From positions 27,035 through 91,034 of the forward strand of contig JAFGXT010000014.1 of the NCBI GenBank assembly GCA_016936495.1: DNA of 64,000 nucleotides, in the 5' to 3' direction. The translations under genes and the position numbers were made by a program. Under the pieces are notes generated by a model, which worked only from the letters and a program-made list of their open reading frames with translations, did no database searches and had not been told where the DNA came from. Below, piece after piece: positions 1 through 9,375 of this stretch. This DNA is from Victivallales bacterium. GTDB taxonomy: Bacteria > Verrucomicrobiota > Lentisphaeria > Victivallales > SZUA-371. The first letter of the stretch is position 1, and every line of letters starts with the position of its first letter.

Positions 1-1139
1 AAATCCATATAAGTACACCCCTTGATTGCGGCGCCGCCGGGAGTACAGTTGTAAATAGTGGTATTGAGTGTGTTTATGCAGTTTTCTATATGTAGCCGCA
101 GGTTGTTGAATTCAGTACTGGTGATGACTTGGCCGCCGTTACTGCCTGTAACGGTAAGTTTATTGTGAATGAATTTTTCCTCACGGTCATAAGCGGAAAT
201 ATGCGCCTCGCCATCCGGTCCCAGGCACAGGTCATTACCGATCAGGCAGATATGCTCAAATCCGGCTCTTTTCGCGAAATCAAGAGCGGTTACCGTTCCG
301 GTTCCGGCAAAGTTCAAGGTGGGAAGTTCCAGTTTCCATTCACGCGCCGCCTGATAAAAAAACGGAGAAGGGCCGCGACCGAAAATTATATTTTCAGCGC
401 AAGCCGCGACTTCCGGCGCGGCGGTGGGAAAGCTTATAAGCAGAGGATTTGCCGTGGAGAACACCCGGCGCCAGGACAAGCCGTGTCCGTCGTTATCAAC
501 AAATACCATGGCGTCGGCATATATACCCTCTCGGAATAATCTTTCAGCGGTCATACCTATGGCGATAAGATATATATTTTTGCGTATATTTTTGATATAT
601 TCAAGCTGATTTTTCAACGACGGTCCAGAGCCGCAAATAACCGCCGTGCCGCTCTGCACCTTGAACTCAGCCCCGTGATTGCGGCTAATGGCAGGCAGAT
701 TCCTGATGGCACAGCGCAAATTGGCAAGACGGCTGATCTTCTCGTGATTAAGTCCGATTACGGTATTCTCTAACAACTCATGGAGTTGCGCCGGAAAATC
801 CGGTTCATTCAGTTCCAACCCCTGAGTACATGATATTTTCAGATCCGAAGCCTTCAGGCAATTCACCGCCAGGACGCATTGTTCCATCGTCTTGCCACCG
901 TATGCTATCGCAATGGTGACGGGTGAGTTTTCCGCCGTCCGGATGAAATCCGCAGCATTGCTGCCTGGATTGGTATAGACGTACAAAAGGGGACTTGATG
1001 CCGGAATTGAAGTTCTTATGCTTTTCAATAAGTTTGCGTCTCCGGCACCAATAAATACATAGATGGTACCACTGAGCGGTTTGGCTTTTTTTAATTCCAG
1101 CAAGGCGTTCAATTGCTGCTTAAACAAGGTGTCCATCAT
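1..1139 (-). CDS. DUF115/Maf-like protein (MptE-like fold); 3' end runs off the window
   Basis: Missing from the ORF track because no stop codon lies inside the window. The reverse strand is open from the ATG (complement of 1137-1139) to position 1. It reads MMDTLFKQQLNALLELKK...AVICGSGPSLKNQLEYIK...ICLIGNDLCLGPDGEAH. GSGPSL and the GND/GxD block are typical of the DUF115/Maf family. The + strand ORFs 129-539 and 424-609 are antisense shadows. Confidence 0.55.
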   Translation of the reverse strand, partial: MMDTLFKQQLNALLELKKAKPLSGTIYVFIGAGDANLLKSIRTSIPASSPLLYVYTNPGSNAADFIRTAENSPVTIAIAYGGKTMEQCVLAVNCLKASDLKISCTQGLELNEPDFPAQLHELLENTVIGLNHEKISRLANLRCAIRNLPAISRNHGAEFKVQSGTAVICGSGPSLKNQLEYIKNIRKNIYLIAIGMTAERLFREGIYADAMVFVDNDGHGLSWRRVFSTANPLLISFPTAAPEVAACAENIIFGRGPSPFFYQAAREWKLELPTLNFAGTGTVTALDFAKRAGFEHICLIGNDLCLGPDGEAHISAYDREEKFIHNKLTVTGSNGGQVITSTEFNNLRLHIENCINTLNTTIYNCTPGGAAIKGCTYMD

Positions 1140-1245
1140 GATATTCAATCCCGAATTAAGGCACTTTCTTTTATACTTATAGCCCGCATGAACCAGTATG
1201 CAAACAATAATATAATTTTCTGATTTGAATTTTTACAAAAAGCGC

Positions 1246-1273
1246 TTGCATTGGACGGCGTTTGCGTTATATT
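1246..1273 (+). promoter_or_regulatory. Candidate sigma70-type promoter of the riboflavin operon
   Basis: TTGCAT (1246-1251), 16-nt spacer, TATATT (1268-1273), about 40 nt upstream of the riboswitch aptamer. Sequence match only. Confidence 0.3.
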
Positions 1274-1314
1274 TAACGCAAACAGTGTTGATTGGCAAAG
1301 TTTTTTATTTACAA

Positions 1315-1445
1315 GTCATTCTTCGGGGCAAGGTGAAATTCCTTACCGGCGGTAAAAGTCCGCGAGTCTGCGGCAGCGTCTCTGCTGCGGATCGATATGG
1401 TGAAACTCCATGACCGACAGTAAAGTCTGGATGAGAGAAGAAGCA
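1315..1445 (+). promoter_or_regulatory. FMN riboswitch (RFN element) aptamer
   Basis: Contains the conserved RFN blocks cttcggggcaaggtgaaattccttaccggcggt, agtccgcgag, and ggtgaaactccatgaccgacagtaaagtctggatgagagaagaag. P1 is formed by tcttc and gaaga. It sits directly upstream of ribBA. Confidence 0.9.
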
Positions 1446-1469
1446 CAGATATTGTGTTCATATTTTATC

Positions 1470-1506
1470 GCCCCGGATATTTATTTATATTTATCCGGGG
1501 CTTTTT
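1470..1506 (+). terminator. Intrinsic terminator (expression platform of the FMN riboswitch)
   Basis: gccccggata (1470-1479) pairs with tatccggggc (1492-1501) and is followed by ttttt. The 5' arm gccccg can alternatively pair with cggggc inside the aptamer P1 region (about 1324-1329), which is a plausible anti-terminator. Confidence 0.8.
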
Positions 1507-1616
1507 CTTTATGACGGCACGGAGAAACTTTAAGTTTCTTTGAAGACCTCTCTCTGGTACGCTCCGGATAATGCGGCAACAAGCAGCATAATCTTTATTT
1601 TAAGGAGTTGTATAAA

Positions 1617-2813
1617 ATGGCAGTTAAATTTGATAAGGTGCAGGATGTGGTCTGCGCACTTAAACGTGGCGAAATGGTGATTATCACCGATGATGAATCT
1701 CGTGAAAACGAAGGAGATCTCGTTTGCGCCGCCTCCAAAATCACCGCCGCCCACATTAACTTTATGGTAACTCATGCCCGTGGACTTGTCTGCGTACCAC
1801 TGGCTCCGGAGATAGCCGACCGGGTCGGATTGATCAATCAGGCAACGGACAAAGACCCCTTCAAAACAGCGTTCACTCAGAGCGTGGATGTGATCGAAGG
1901 TACCACTACCGGGATATCCGCCGCAGACCGGGCGAAAACCGTTGCGGCACTCATCGACCCCTTGTCCGGTAAAGATGATTTCGCCATGCCCGGACACATG
2001 TTCCCGCTTATCGCCAAACCGGGCGGCGTCATGCAACGCGCCGGACATACCGAAGCCGCGGTGGATCTGGCACGCATGGCGGGTTTCGCTCCGGCAGGAG
2101 TGATTTGCGAGATAATGAACGAAGACGGCACTATGGCACGTCTGCCTCAACTGGACGAATTCCGTCGCAAGCATAATTTAAAATGGTGCTCAGTCGCGGC
2201 TCTCATAGCGTTTCGCCGCCAGAATGAACGATTGATAAAACGTGGAGCTCGCGCAAAACTGCCTACAGATGTGGGCATGTTTGACGTCATTGCCTATAAT
2301 TCCGTTCTTGACGGGCATGACCATGTGGCGCTTATTCATGGCGACGTCAAGGGCAAGGAAGGCGTACTTGTCCGTGTCCACAGCGAATGCCTTACCGGTG
2401 ATGTATTTCATTCCGCCCGCTGCGACTGCGGCGCTCAACTGCACCGGGCTATGGAAATGATTGTGCAAGCCGGCGCGGGCATTATTGTCTATATGCGTCA
2501 GGAAGGTCGCGGCATCGGACTGGCGAACAAGATTCACGCCTACAAGCTTCAGGATGAAGGACGCGATACGGTCGAGGCAAATGTTGAGCTCGGGTTCGCT
2601 CCCGACCTGCGGGAATACGGCGTAGGCGCGCAGATCATCGAAGACCAAGGCGTTAAGAGCATCAAACTGATGACCAACAACCCCTGCAAGATCGTTGGCA
2701 TAGAAGGCTATGGCTTCAAGATAAACGGCAGAGTTCCGGTCATAATCGACCAGCATGAACACAACAGCTTTTATCTGAATACCAAAAAAGAAAAAATGGG
2801 ACATCTTATATAA
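1617..2813 (+). CDS. ribBA: Bifunctional 3,4-dihydroxy-2-butanone-4-phosphate synthase / GTP cyclohydrolase II
   Basis: DHBP synthase motif VIITDDESRENEGDLVCAA and GTP cyclohydrolase II motif RVHSECLTGDVFHSARCDCGAQL. The ATG at 1617 lies 9 nt after AAGGAG (1602-1607). The track ORF begins at an upstream TTG (1608). Confidence 0.95.
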   Translation: MAVKFDKVQDVVCALKRGEMVIITDDESRENEGDLVCAASKITAAHINFMVTHARGLVCVPLAPEIADRVGLINQATDKDPFKTAFTQSVDVIEGTTTGISAADRAKTVAALIDPLSGKDDFAMPGHMFPLIAKPGGVMQRAGHTEAAVDLARMAGFAPAGVICEIMNEDGTMARLPQLDEFRRKHNLKWCSVAALIAFRRQNERLIKRGARAKLPTDVGMFDVIAYNSVLDGHDHVALIHGDVKGKEGVLVRVHSECLTGDVFHSARCDCGAQLHRAMEMIVQAGAGIIVYMRQEGRGIGLANKIHAYKLQDEGRDTVEANVELGFAPDLREYGVGAQIIEDQGVKSIKLMTNNPCKIVGIEGYGFKINGRVPVIIDQHEHNSFYLNTKKEKMGHLI

Positions 2814-2879
2814 TTGCAAATATGCGTACAGGTGGTAAATTTACCTGATACATAATAACATATCAATGTAGGTGGAAAT

Positions 2880-3368
2880 ATGATAAAAAGAGAAGTCAAA
2901 AACGTATATGAGGGTACTCTTGAGGCAAAAGGCATGCGTTTCGGCATTGTCTGCGCAAGATTCAACGAGTTTTTTGTAAGTAAGCTTCTGGATGGCGCGA
3001 TCGACGTGGTCGTTCGCCATGGCGGGAAATCTGAAAGCATTGATGTGGCGTGGGTTCCAGGTTCATATGAACTGCCCTTCGTCGCAAAAAAAATGGCGTT
3101 GAGCGGTGGCTATGACGCAGTCATGGCATTGGGCGTAGTCATCCAGGGCGGCACTCCGCACGCGGGACTGATCAACAACGAGGTCGCTAAATGCCTGGCT
3201 CAGATTGGCATGGATACCGGTGTTCCGGTTACATACGGCATGATCACCGCCAATAACATCGAACAGGCAATCGAACGCAGCGGCACCAAAGCCGGCAATA
3301 AAGGTGCCGACGCGGCGCTGGCGGCCATAGAAATGGCAAGCCTCAACCGGATGCTTCCGGCTAAATAG
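2880..3368 (+). CDS. ribH: 6,7-dimethyl-8-ribityllumazine synthase
   Basis: 162 aa. [15 protein letters not shown] and WVPGSYELP motifs typical of lumazine synthase. Located in the rib operon. Confidence 0.95.
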   Translation: MIKREVKNVYEGTLEAKGMRFGIVCARFNEFFVSKLLDGAIDVVVRHGGKSESIDVAWVPGSYELPFVAKKMALSGGYDAVMALGVVIQGGTPHAGLINNEVAKCLAQIGMDTGVPVTYGMITANNIEQAIERSGTKAGNKGADAALAAIEMASLNRMLPAK

Positions 3369-3385
3369 GAGTTCACGCAGTACCC

Positions 3386-3877
3386 ATGTCAAAAAACAGT
3401 GATATAAGCAATCAGGTACATTTTAAGCGCTTGGGCAGGGAGCTGGCGATGCAGTTCCTGTTTCAGGTCGACCTGAATATAGAAATTGAAGAAGAGATGA
3501 TCGAGGCATTCTGGGAGCAGGCGGAGGAATCGGGCAAATTTCCGCATAATCGTGTTTTCAGAAAAGGTCGTGAGTACGCCGAAACGCTTATCCACGGCAT
3601 AGTCGAACATCGTAAAACCATAGACGATATGATTCTGAGCAAGTCTGAAAAATGGGACTTGCGGCGCATGGCGGTGGTTGACCGCAACATTATGCGCGTG
3701 GCAGTATATGAGATGCTGTTTGTAGCGGATGTCCCTCCAGTGGTCAGTATTAACGAAGCGGTGGGCATATCCCGGCTTTACAGCTCGGATCAATCCGGAC
3801 CTTTTATAAATGGCTTGCTCAATGCCGTCAAAGATGGATTGGATCGTCCTGCCCGGGAGGCGGTTGATAAGTTATGA
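3386..3877 (+). CDS. nusB: Transcription antitermination factor NusB
   Basis: 163 aa. RELAMQFLFQ, DRNIMRVAVYEML and INEAV blocks typical of NusB. The ribH-nusB adjacency is classical. Confidence 0.9.
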   Translation: MSKNSDISNQVHFKRLGRELAMQFLFQVDLNIEIEEEMIEAFWEQAEESGKFPHNRVFRKGREYAETLIHGIVEHRKTIDDMILSKSEKWDLRRMAVVDRNIMRVAVYEMLFVADVPPVVSINEAVGISRLYSSDQSGPFINGLLNAVKDGLDRPAREAVDKL

Positions 3878-4824
3878 AGTCCATTTTTTCCGTATTTAAA
3901 CGCGGACTGCAAAAGTCCAAAACGGCGGTGTCGCGTACTATAGCTTCGGCATTCAGCGATGTGAAATCCTGGAATGAAGAAACATACGAAGATCTTGAGG
4001 CATCTCTTATAAGTTCCGATTTCGGCGTCAGGGCAAGTGTGAGTATAGTCAAATCCATCCGCGAGCGTTACGAGCTCGGGAACATACATACGTCTGCTGA
4101 CATCAGCGACATTGCCTGCGAGGACGTCGCGACGATTCTAAAAAAGAATCATCGGTGTATTAATTTCGCCACTTCCGGACCTACCATTATTCTGGTGGTG
4201 GGCGTCAATGGCAGCGGCAAGACCACGTCTATCGGCAAGCTCACACATTTATGGAAAAACGCGGGCAAAAAAGTTATGCTTGCTGCTTGCGACACTTTTC
4301 GCGCGGCGGCGGTAGAGCAACTGAAGCTGTGGGGAGCGCGTACCGGAGTTACGGTAGTTTCGGCATTCAAAGGTGCGGATCCCTCGGCGGTGGCTTTTGA
4401 CGCGGTCAGCTCGGCAATATCAAAAAATGTGGATGTACTCATTGTTGATACCGCGGGTAGACAGCATACTCACAAGGGACTTATGGAGGAACTGTCCAAA
4501 ATGCGGCGTACGATAGATAAAGTATGCCCCGGTGCTCCCCATGAAGTATGGCTTACCGTGGATTCAAGCTTGGGTTCCAACGCGGTCAATCAGGCGCGGG
4601 AGTTCACCAAAGTAGCCGGAGTAAGCGGACTTATCCTTACCAAGCTCGACGGCACGGGAAAGGGCGGTATGGCGGTGGCTATTCAAGAAGAGTTTGATCT
4701 GCCGGTATTTTTTGTGGGGCTGGGCGAACAACCTGATGACCTTCAGCCTTTCGACCCTGATTTCTATGCTAAAGCTTTGTTCGGTAAGGACAGTGAAGTT
4801 GCCGAAGAGGATGTTCAGGATTAA
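3874..4824 (+). CDS. ftsY: Signal recognition particle receptor FtsY
   Basis: SRP GTPase motifs GVNGSGKTTS, DTAGR and LILTKLDGTGKGG (FtsY-type). The start overlaps the nusB stop in ATGA (3874-3877). Confidence 0.9.
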   Translation: MKSIFSVFKRGLQKSKTAVSRTIASAFSDVKSWNEETYEDLEASLISSDFGVRASVSIVKSIRERYELGNIHTSADISDIACEDVATILKKNHRCINFATSGPTIILVVGVNGSGKTTSIGKLTHLWKNAGKKVMLAACDTFRAAAVEQLKLWGARTGVTVVSAFKGADPSAVAFDAVSSAISKNVDVLIVDTAGRQHTHKGLMEELSKMRRTIDKVCPGAPHEVWLTVDSSLGSNAVNQAREFTKVAGVSGLILTKLDGTGKGGMAVAIQEEFDLPVFFVGLGEQPDDLQPFDPDFYAKALFGKDSEVAEEDVQD

Positions 4825-4831
4825 GTAAAAT

Positions 4832-5851
4832 ATGCTCTCCGATAAAGAATATATGCTTGAGGCGCTAAGCCTGGCCGAACGTGCCTGGGGAAGAACAAGC
4901 CCCAACCCTATGGTTGGCGCACTGATCGTTAAAAACGGCGAAGTCATTGGCAGGGGGTGGCACCGCAAAGCCGGAACCGCCCATGCAGAAGTCAACGCTA
5001 TTGCCGACTGCCGTGAAAACCCGACCGGAGGGACTATTTACGTAACCCTTGAGCCTTGCTCTACTTACGGTCGTACGCCTCCATGCACTCAGGCTATCAT
5101 CAACGCCGGACTTGCAAAAGTCGTTATCGGCAGCCTTGACCCCAACCCGGCTCATGCGGGCAGAGCGGTAAAGATTCTTGAGGACGCCGGAATCGAAGTG
5201 ACTCACGGAATCCAGGAAACACGTTGCAAGCACCTTAATGAAGCATTTTTCAAATGGATAACGACTGGTAAGCCTTTTGTGCTGTTAAAAATGGCAATGA
5301 CGCTGGATGGACGTATCGCGACGGCATCGGGCGATTCCCGCTGGGTTACCGGCGAACCGGCACGAGAGCGTGTTCAACATCTGCGCCAGTGGGCGGACGC
5401 GGTTATGGTCGGCGGCGACACAGTCAGAAAAGACACACCATCACTTAATGTACGAAATACGCCGGATTGGGAAATCCAGCCGCGCCGCATCGTAGTATCC
5501 CGCAAGCTTGACGCAAATGCCGCCGCGAAACTCATGGCTCCAGGCGTAAAGCCGGAAGTCATTGCACCATCAAGCCCGATGCAATGGCAGGATGAACTTG
5601 CGCGCCTGGGAAGCGAAAGTGTGAATGCCATACTGGTTGAAGGCGGCGGTGAGCTTGCCGGAAATATGCTTCAGGCGGGAGTTATCGACAAGGTTGAATT
5701 TCATATCGCGCCTAAAATAATTTGTGGTCGCGGCAGCCGTCCGGTAATCGGCGGCGAAAACCCACTGCTAATGGCTGAAGCCCTTGAATTGCGTGATACA
5801 GAAATGAACCGCATTGGCAACGATTTCATCATCAGCGGATATATTTCTTGA
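4832..5851 (+). CDS. ribD: Bifunctional diaminohydroxyphosphoribosylaminopyrimidine deaminase / 5-amino-6-(5-phosphoribosylamino)uracil reductase
   Basis: Deaminase zinc motifs HAEVNAI and LEPCSTYGRTPPC, followed by a reductase domain (KMAMTLDGRIA, ILVEGGG). Confidence 0.95.
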   Translation: MLSDKEYMLEALSLAERAWGRTSPNPMVGALIVKNGEVIGRGWHRKAGTAHAEVNAIADCRENPTGGTIYVTLEPCSTYGRTPPCTQAIINAGLAKVVIGSLDPNPAHAGRAVKILEDAGIEVTHGIQETRCKHLNEAFFKWITTGKPFVLLKMAMTLDGRIATASGDSRWVTGEPARERVQHLRQWADAVMVGGDTVRKDTPSLNVRNTPDWEIQPRRIVVSRKLDANAAAKLMAPGVKPEVIAPSSPMQWQDELARLGSESVNAILVEGGGELAGNMLQAGVIDKVEFHIAPKIICGRGSRPVIGGENPLLMAEALELRDTEMNRIGNDFIISGYIS

Positions 5852-5860
5852 ACGCAATCG

Positions 5861-7414
5861 TCATTTGCCGTCTTTTTTCCTTTTCGGGTAGGGGGCGCCG
5901 TAAATCTTGTCGACGTCAATTTCCGGATAGAGCTTTTTAAAGCAATCCGGGCATACACCATGACTGAATTCAGCATCGGTATGTTCGCGGAAGTAGGTTT
6001 CAACTTCCTCCCAGTAACCATCATCATTGCGAATCTTTTTACAGCTTGAACATATTGGGAGCAATCCTTTGATGGTCTTTATCTCCTCAAGGGATTTTCT
6101 CAATTGTTCATTACGCTGTTCCAACAGACGGTTAAGCGCCATAAGTTCATCATTCATCACACCTACCAGATGATCCATCACCTGAAGATAGCGGTGTTCC
6201 GGGGCAATGTTGAGCCCATCGTTTATGGCGGTAACATCATCGGTTCCAATTTCCTCAGGTGTTTCAGATTTAAGTAATATTTCAAAACGGTGAGCGATGG
6301 GGACATCATATTCTTTCATCCCAACAAGCGTCTGAGTGTAATTGATATACTCGTTCTTTTGTCCGGAATACAAAAATTCACCATATGAGAAAAATCCTGC
6401 GGTCGGCACTCCATTGTAAAACATCTCCACTTCTTCTTCCACTATCCGTGGCAGGCTCCATTTACGGCAACCGCACGAATACATGAATATGCCATCAGCG
6501 GGAATGAGTTTCCATCTAGGAATAATTTTTCTGCGGTTGCTCAACATGATTTCAGCGCCGCCGTAACTAAAGCGCACCGATTCTCCCTGCTCCAAAGGCG
6601 CGGTCAAAACAATTGAACCATCGCTGTTTACTTCTGTTATTCCCCGGGCTATGCGAATCTGGCTGCGCGACGCATAGAGCGGAAAGTTCATTCCTCCCGC
6701 AACATTATCGGGAAAAAGCGTGCCGAAATATTTTTTAATCAGCTCCGCGGCGGGGAAGTAATCAAGAGTTTCCAGAGTATTGCCATTGCATCCGGTAACT
6801 TTGAATTTCTTTCCAATAGGGCGCCACCCCAGATTGAAAGTGGTGGTAAGCTTCAAATTTTGGCTATATAATCCGGCACCGACTATACCGTGTTCAATAA
6901 TTCGTTCTCCATCAAACACATAACTTTGCATGAACATGCCGTTGTCGCCTCCGGCACCGCCGATTATCGGGGTATAAGGGGTAACAGAGTTAAAACCTTC
7001 TATATAAGGCCAGCCGGAAACCGCTTTATTTTCATGACATCCAGATGAAAAACATACCGCAGCTACGGTGTCAGGAGCTTTAAGGTTTAGCGCGAGCATC
7101 GCCCCGGCTTTAAACGAGTCTGGATTGTCGGAAATGCAGGTTCTGATGGATGTATGCTCAAAAACCGCTACTGAAATCAAAGTCGAATGCTCAAACGTCT
7201 TATTGTCAAGAATTTCTCCAGTAGTCGTACAGCCGATGATTTTAGCATCCGGCAACAATTCTTTACAGGCAGTTTGAAGTGCCACAATATGAGCTTCAGA
7301 CACAATCCCGGAAAATATCTGAATCAGAATATCAGAGGCACTTTCCGTATTGATTTGTTTTACAAAAGCTTTTAGCCCGTCATTATGCTGAAACAGATGC
7401 GTATAATGTCTCAT
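5861..7414 (-). CDS. FIST-domain sensor protein with coiled coil and C-terminal Cys-rich CKKIR tail
   Basis: FIST_N-like block ILIQIFSG...AKIIGCTTTGEI and FIST_C-like block IIGGAGGDNGMF...GIVGAGL. These are followed by a coiled coil (LNRLLEQRNEQLRKSLEEIK) and then LPICSSCKKIRNDDGYWEEVETYFREHTDAEFSHGVCPDCFKKLYPE. AGGAGA lies 10 nt upstream of the ATG. Confidence 0.75.
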   Translation of the reverse strand: MRHYTHLFQHNDGLKAFVKQINTESASDILIQIFSGIVSEAHIVALQTACKELLPDAKIIGCTTTGEILDNKTFEHSTLISVAVFEHTSIRTCISDNPDSFKAGAMLALNLKAPDTVAAVCFSSGCHENKAVSGWPYIEGFNSVTPYTPIIGGAGGDNGMFMQSYVFDGERIIEHGIVGAGLYSQNLKLTTTFNLGWRPIGKKFKVTGCNGNTLETLDYFPAAELIKKYFGTLFPDNVAGGMNFPLYASRSQIRIARGITEVNSDGSIVLTAPLEQGESVRFSYGGAEIMLSNRRKIIPRWKLIPADGIFMYSCGCRKWSLPRIVEEEVEMFYNGVPTAGFFSYGEFLYSGQKNEYINYTQTLVGMKEYDVPIAHRFEILLKSETPEEIGTDDVTAINDGLNIAPEHRYLQVMDHLVGVMNDELMALNRLLEQRNEQLRKSLEEIKTIKGLLPICSSCKKIRNDDGYWEEVETYFREHTDAEFSHGVCPDCFKKLYPEIDVDKIYGAPYPKRKKDGK

Positions 7415-7499
7415 TATTCATAGTTCTCCTGCGATAATTATGATGGGTCAAGCGCATTAAGTCAAGCATTATAGTATTTTTTTATAAAAAATCACCCTC

Positions 7500-7654
7500 A
7501 AAAAGATCGGGTTAGACCTTCCATGAACCCGTCAGCACGCCTTCGGTAATATGAAAATCGCTGGAGCCGTTGTCGATGAAGCTTTCGAAAAGTATATTTA
7601 ATTCCAATTTACAAATTTCCTTATTGAAATTGAAGGTCTGCCCCCGATCTTTTT
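7500..7654. repeat. 155-bp element bounded by 21/22-nt imperfect inverted repeats (MITE-like or structured RNA)
   Basis: aaaaagatcgggttagacctt (7500-7520) versus aaggtctgcccccgatcttttt (7633-7654). The arms are complementary except for the central tt/ggc. Located in the divergent region between the FIST gene and glyQS. Confidence 0.4.
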
Positions 7655-7809
7655 TTATCCTTTTGGGTATTTTGTAGACTGGAGATTTGAAATTTCCAGT
7701 ATTGCGTCAATATTAATACCTTACAACTTTTGATGAATGCATAATTAACATAAGTAATTGAGGCGTGAACCGGAATTTTTTCCAATTGACGCCGGATAAA
7801 GGAAAACCT

Positions 7810-9135
7810 ATGAGTGAAAAAAATCTTGAATTGATGGATAAGATAGTATCTCTCTGCAAACGAAGAGGTTTTATCTTCCAGAGCTCCGAAATATATGGCG
7901 GTATCAATGGCTTCTGGGATTACGGTCCCTATGGCGTGCAGATGAAAAAAGCCATCGAAAAATTGTGGTGGAACTATATGGTCGAAAGCCGTACCAATGT
8001 TGAGGGACTTGACTCAACCATTATCTGCCATCCGAAAGTCTGGAAAGCTTCAGGTCATCTTGATCAGTTTGGCGATTTGATGTGCGATTGTCGCGGGTGC
8101 AAGGCTCGGCATCGCGTCGATCAGATGGAAGACCCGTCGGTATGCCCGAACTGCGGTTCAAAAGACTTGACCGAGCCGCGTGAGTTCAATCTGATGATGA
8201 AGACTTTTGTCGGTCCGGTATTTGACGAAGATCATACCGCTTATTTGCGCGCTGAGACCTGCCAGCCGATATTTGTGGATTTCAATCTTGTCCGCGTAGC
8301 CACCCGCCAGAAACTGCCGTTTGGTATCGCCCAGATCGGTAAAGCATTCCGTAACGAGATAAATCCGCGTAATTTCACGTTCCGTTCGCGTGAGTTCACG
8401 CAAATGGAAATGGAATTTTTCTGTACCGACGAAGACGCGATGCAGTGGTATGAATACTGGCGCGATCAGCGTTTGAAGTTCTACGAAATGCTGGGCTTCA
8501 GCAATGATGTCATCCGTACTTATGATCATGAGAAACTCGCGCATTACGCCAAGGCGGCGATGGATATTGAGTTCAAATTCCCCTTCGGCTGGGGAGAACT
8601 TGAGGGCATTCATCATCGCGGCACCTGGGATATGTCTCAGCATCAGGAGTTTTCCGGCGAAGATATGCATTATGTGGATCATGATAACAAACGTAAAGTC
8701 CTGCCTGTGGTGATTGAAACCTCAGTGGGAGCGGATCGTTCCATGCTCGCACTGCTATGCAATGCCTATGACGAAGATACCGCCGAGACCAAAAAAGAAG
8801 GTCAGGAAGAGGATGTACGTATTGTTATGCGTCTGCCGGCTATCATCGCTCCGGTACAGGCGGCAATTCTGCCACTGTCCAAAAAACTTAATGAAAACGC
8901 TGAAAAGCTTTTTGGTGATATGGCGCGATATTTCCGTTGCGAATATGATGTTACCGGAAGTATCGGCAAGCGTTATCGTCGTCAAGACGAAATAGGTACA
9001 CCTTTCTGCGTTACTTTTGACTTTGAATCGCTTGAAGACAATTGTGTAACCGTGCGTGAGCGTGATTCAATGTCGCAGGAACGTGTGGGCATTGATCAGT
9101 TGAGAATGTATTTGGACAAGAAAATTAACGGTTGA
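7810..9135 (+). CDS. glyQS: Glycine--tRNA ligase (alpha2 type)
   Basis: MDKIVSLCKRRGFIFQSSEIYGGINGFWDYGPYGV is the hallmark GlyQS N-terminus. Class II core motifs and the Cys4 insertion CDCRGC...CPNCG are present. ATG 7810 is preferred over the upstream GVG-type start 7765 used in the track. Confidence 0.95.
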   Translation: MSEKNLELMDKIVSLCKRRGFIFQSSEIYGGINGFWDYGPYGVQMKKAIEKLWWNYMVESRTNVEGLDSTIICHPKVWKASGHLDQFGDLMCDCRGCKARHRVDQMEDPSVCPNCGSKDLTEPREFNLMMKTFVGPVFDEDHTAYLRAETCQPIFVDFNLVRVATRQKLPFGIAQIGKAFRNEINPRNFTFRSREFTQMEMEFFCTDEDAMQWYEYWRDQRLKFYEMLGFSNDVIRTYDHEKLAHYAKAAMDIEFKFPFGWGELEGIHHRGTWDMSQHQEFSGEDMHYVDHDNKRKVLPVVIETSVGADRSMLALLCNAYDEDTAETKKEGQEEDVRIVMRLPAIIAPVQAAILPLSKKLNENAEKLFGDMARYFRCEYDVTGSIGKRYRRQDEIGTPFCVTFDFESLEDNCVTVRERDSMSQERVGIDQLRMYLDKKING

Positions 9136-9149
9136 TTTTCTGATCACGG

Positions 9150-9179
9150 GGAGCGGTGTTGATATAAGCACGCCGCTCC
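9150..9179 (+). terminator. Weak hairpin downstream of glyQS
   Basis: ggagcgg (9150-9156) pairs with ccgctcc (9173-9179). The following tract ttcaactt is only weakly T-rich. Confidence 0.3.
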
Positions 9180-9375
9180 TTCAACTTGTCTGTCGTATTG
9201 CTTTTATATATGTAATACGCTCAATTTTATGATATATACTCTTTTTTTCTTGACTGGGGTTTTAAACATGCTATATTTATAACCCATTATTGAGAGGATA
9301 AATGCTTTTTGACCGTTGCCGTCGGGGTTTTTAAATGTTGCGGTAAAGTGTCTTTAATTGAAGGTGTAAAATATT

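Noticed and set aside
129-609. The + strand ORFs 129-539 (136 aa) and 424-609 (61 aa) listed in the track
   Set aside because: They lie antisense to a continuous, protein-like minus-strand reading frame (DUF115/Maf-like) that runs from 1139 to the window edge. Their translations are low-complexity and Arg/Gly-rich with no recognisable motif.
5852-5860. Convergent gene pairs separated by only 9 nt (ribD/FIST) and 13 nt (GT-C/wecE at 35058-35070), considered as possible overlapping or bidirectional terminators
   Set aside because: There is no room for a hairpin in the gaps, and I did not find convincing stems reaching into the coding ends. This probably just reflects compact genome organisation.
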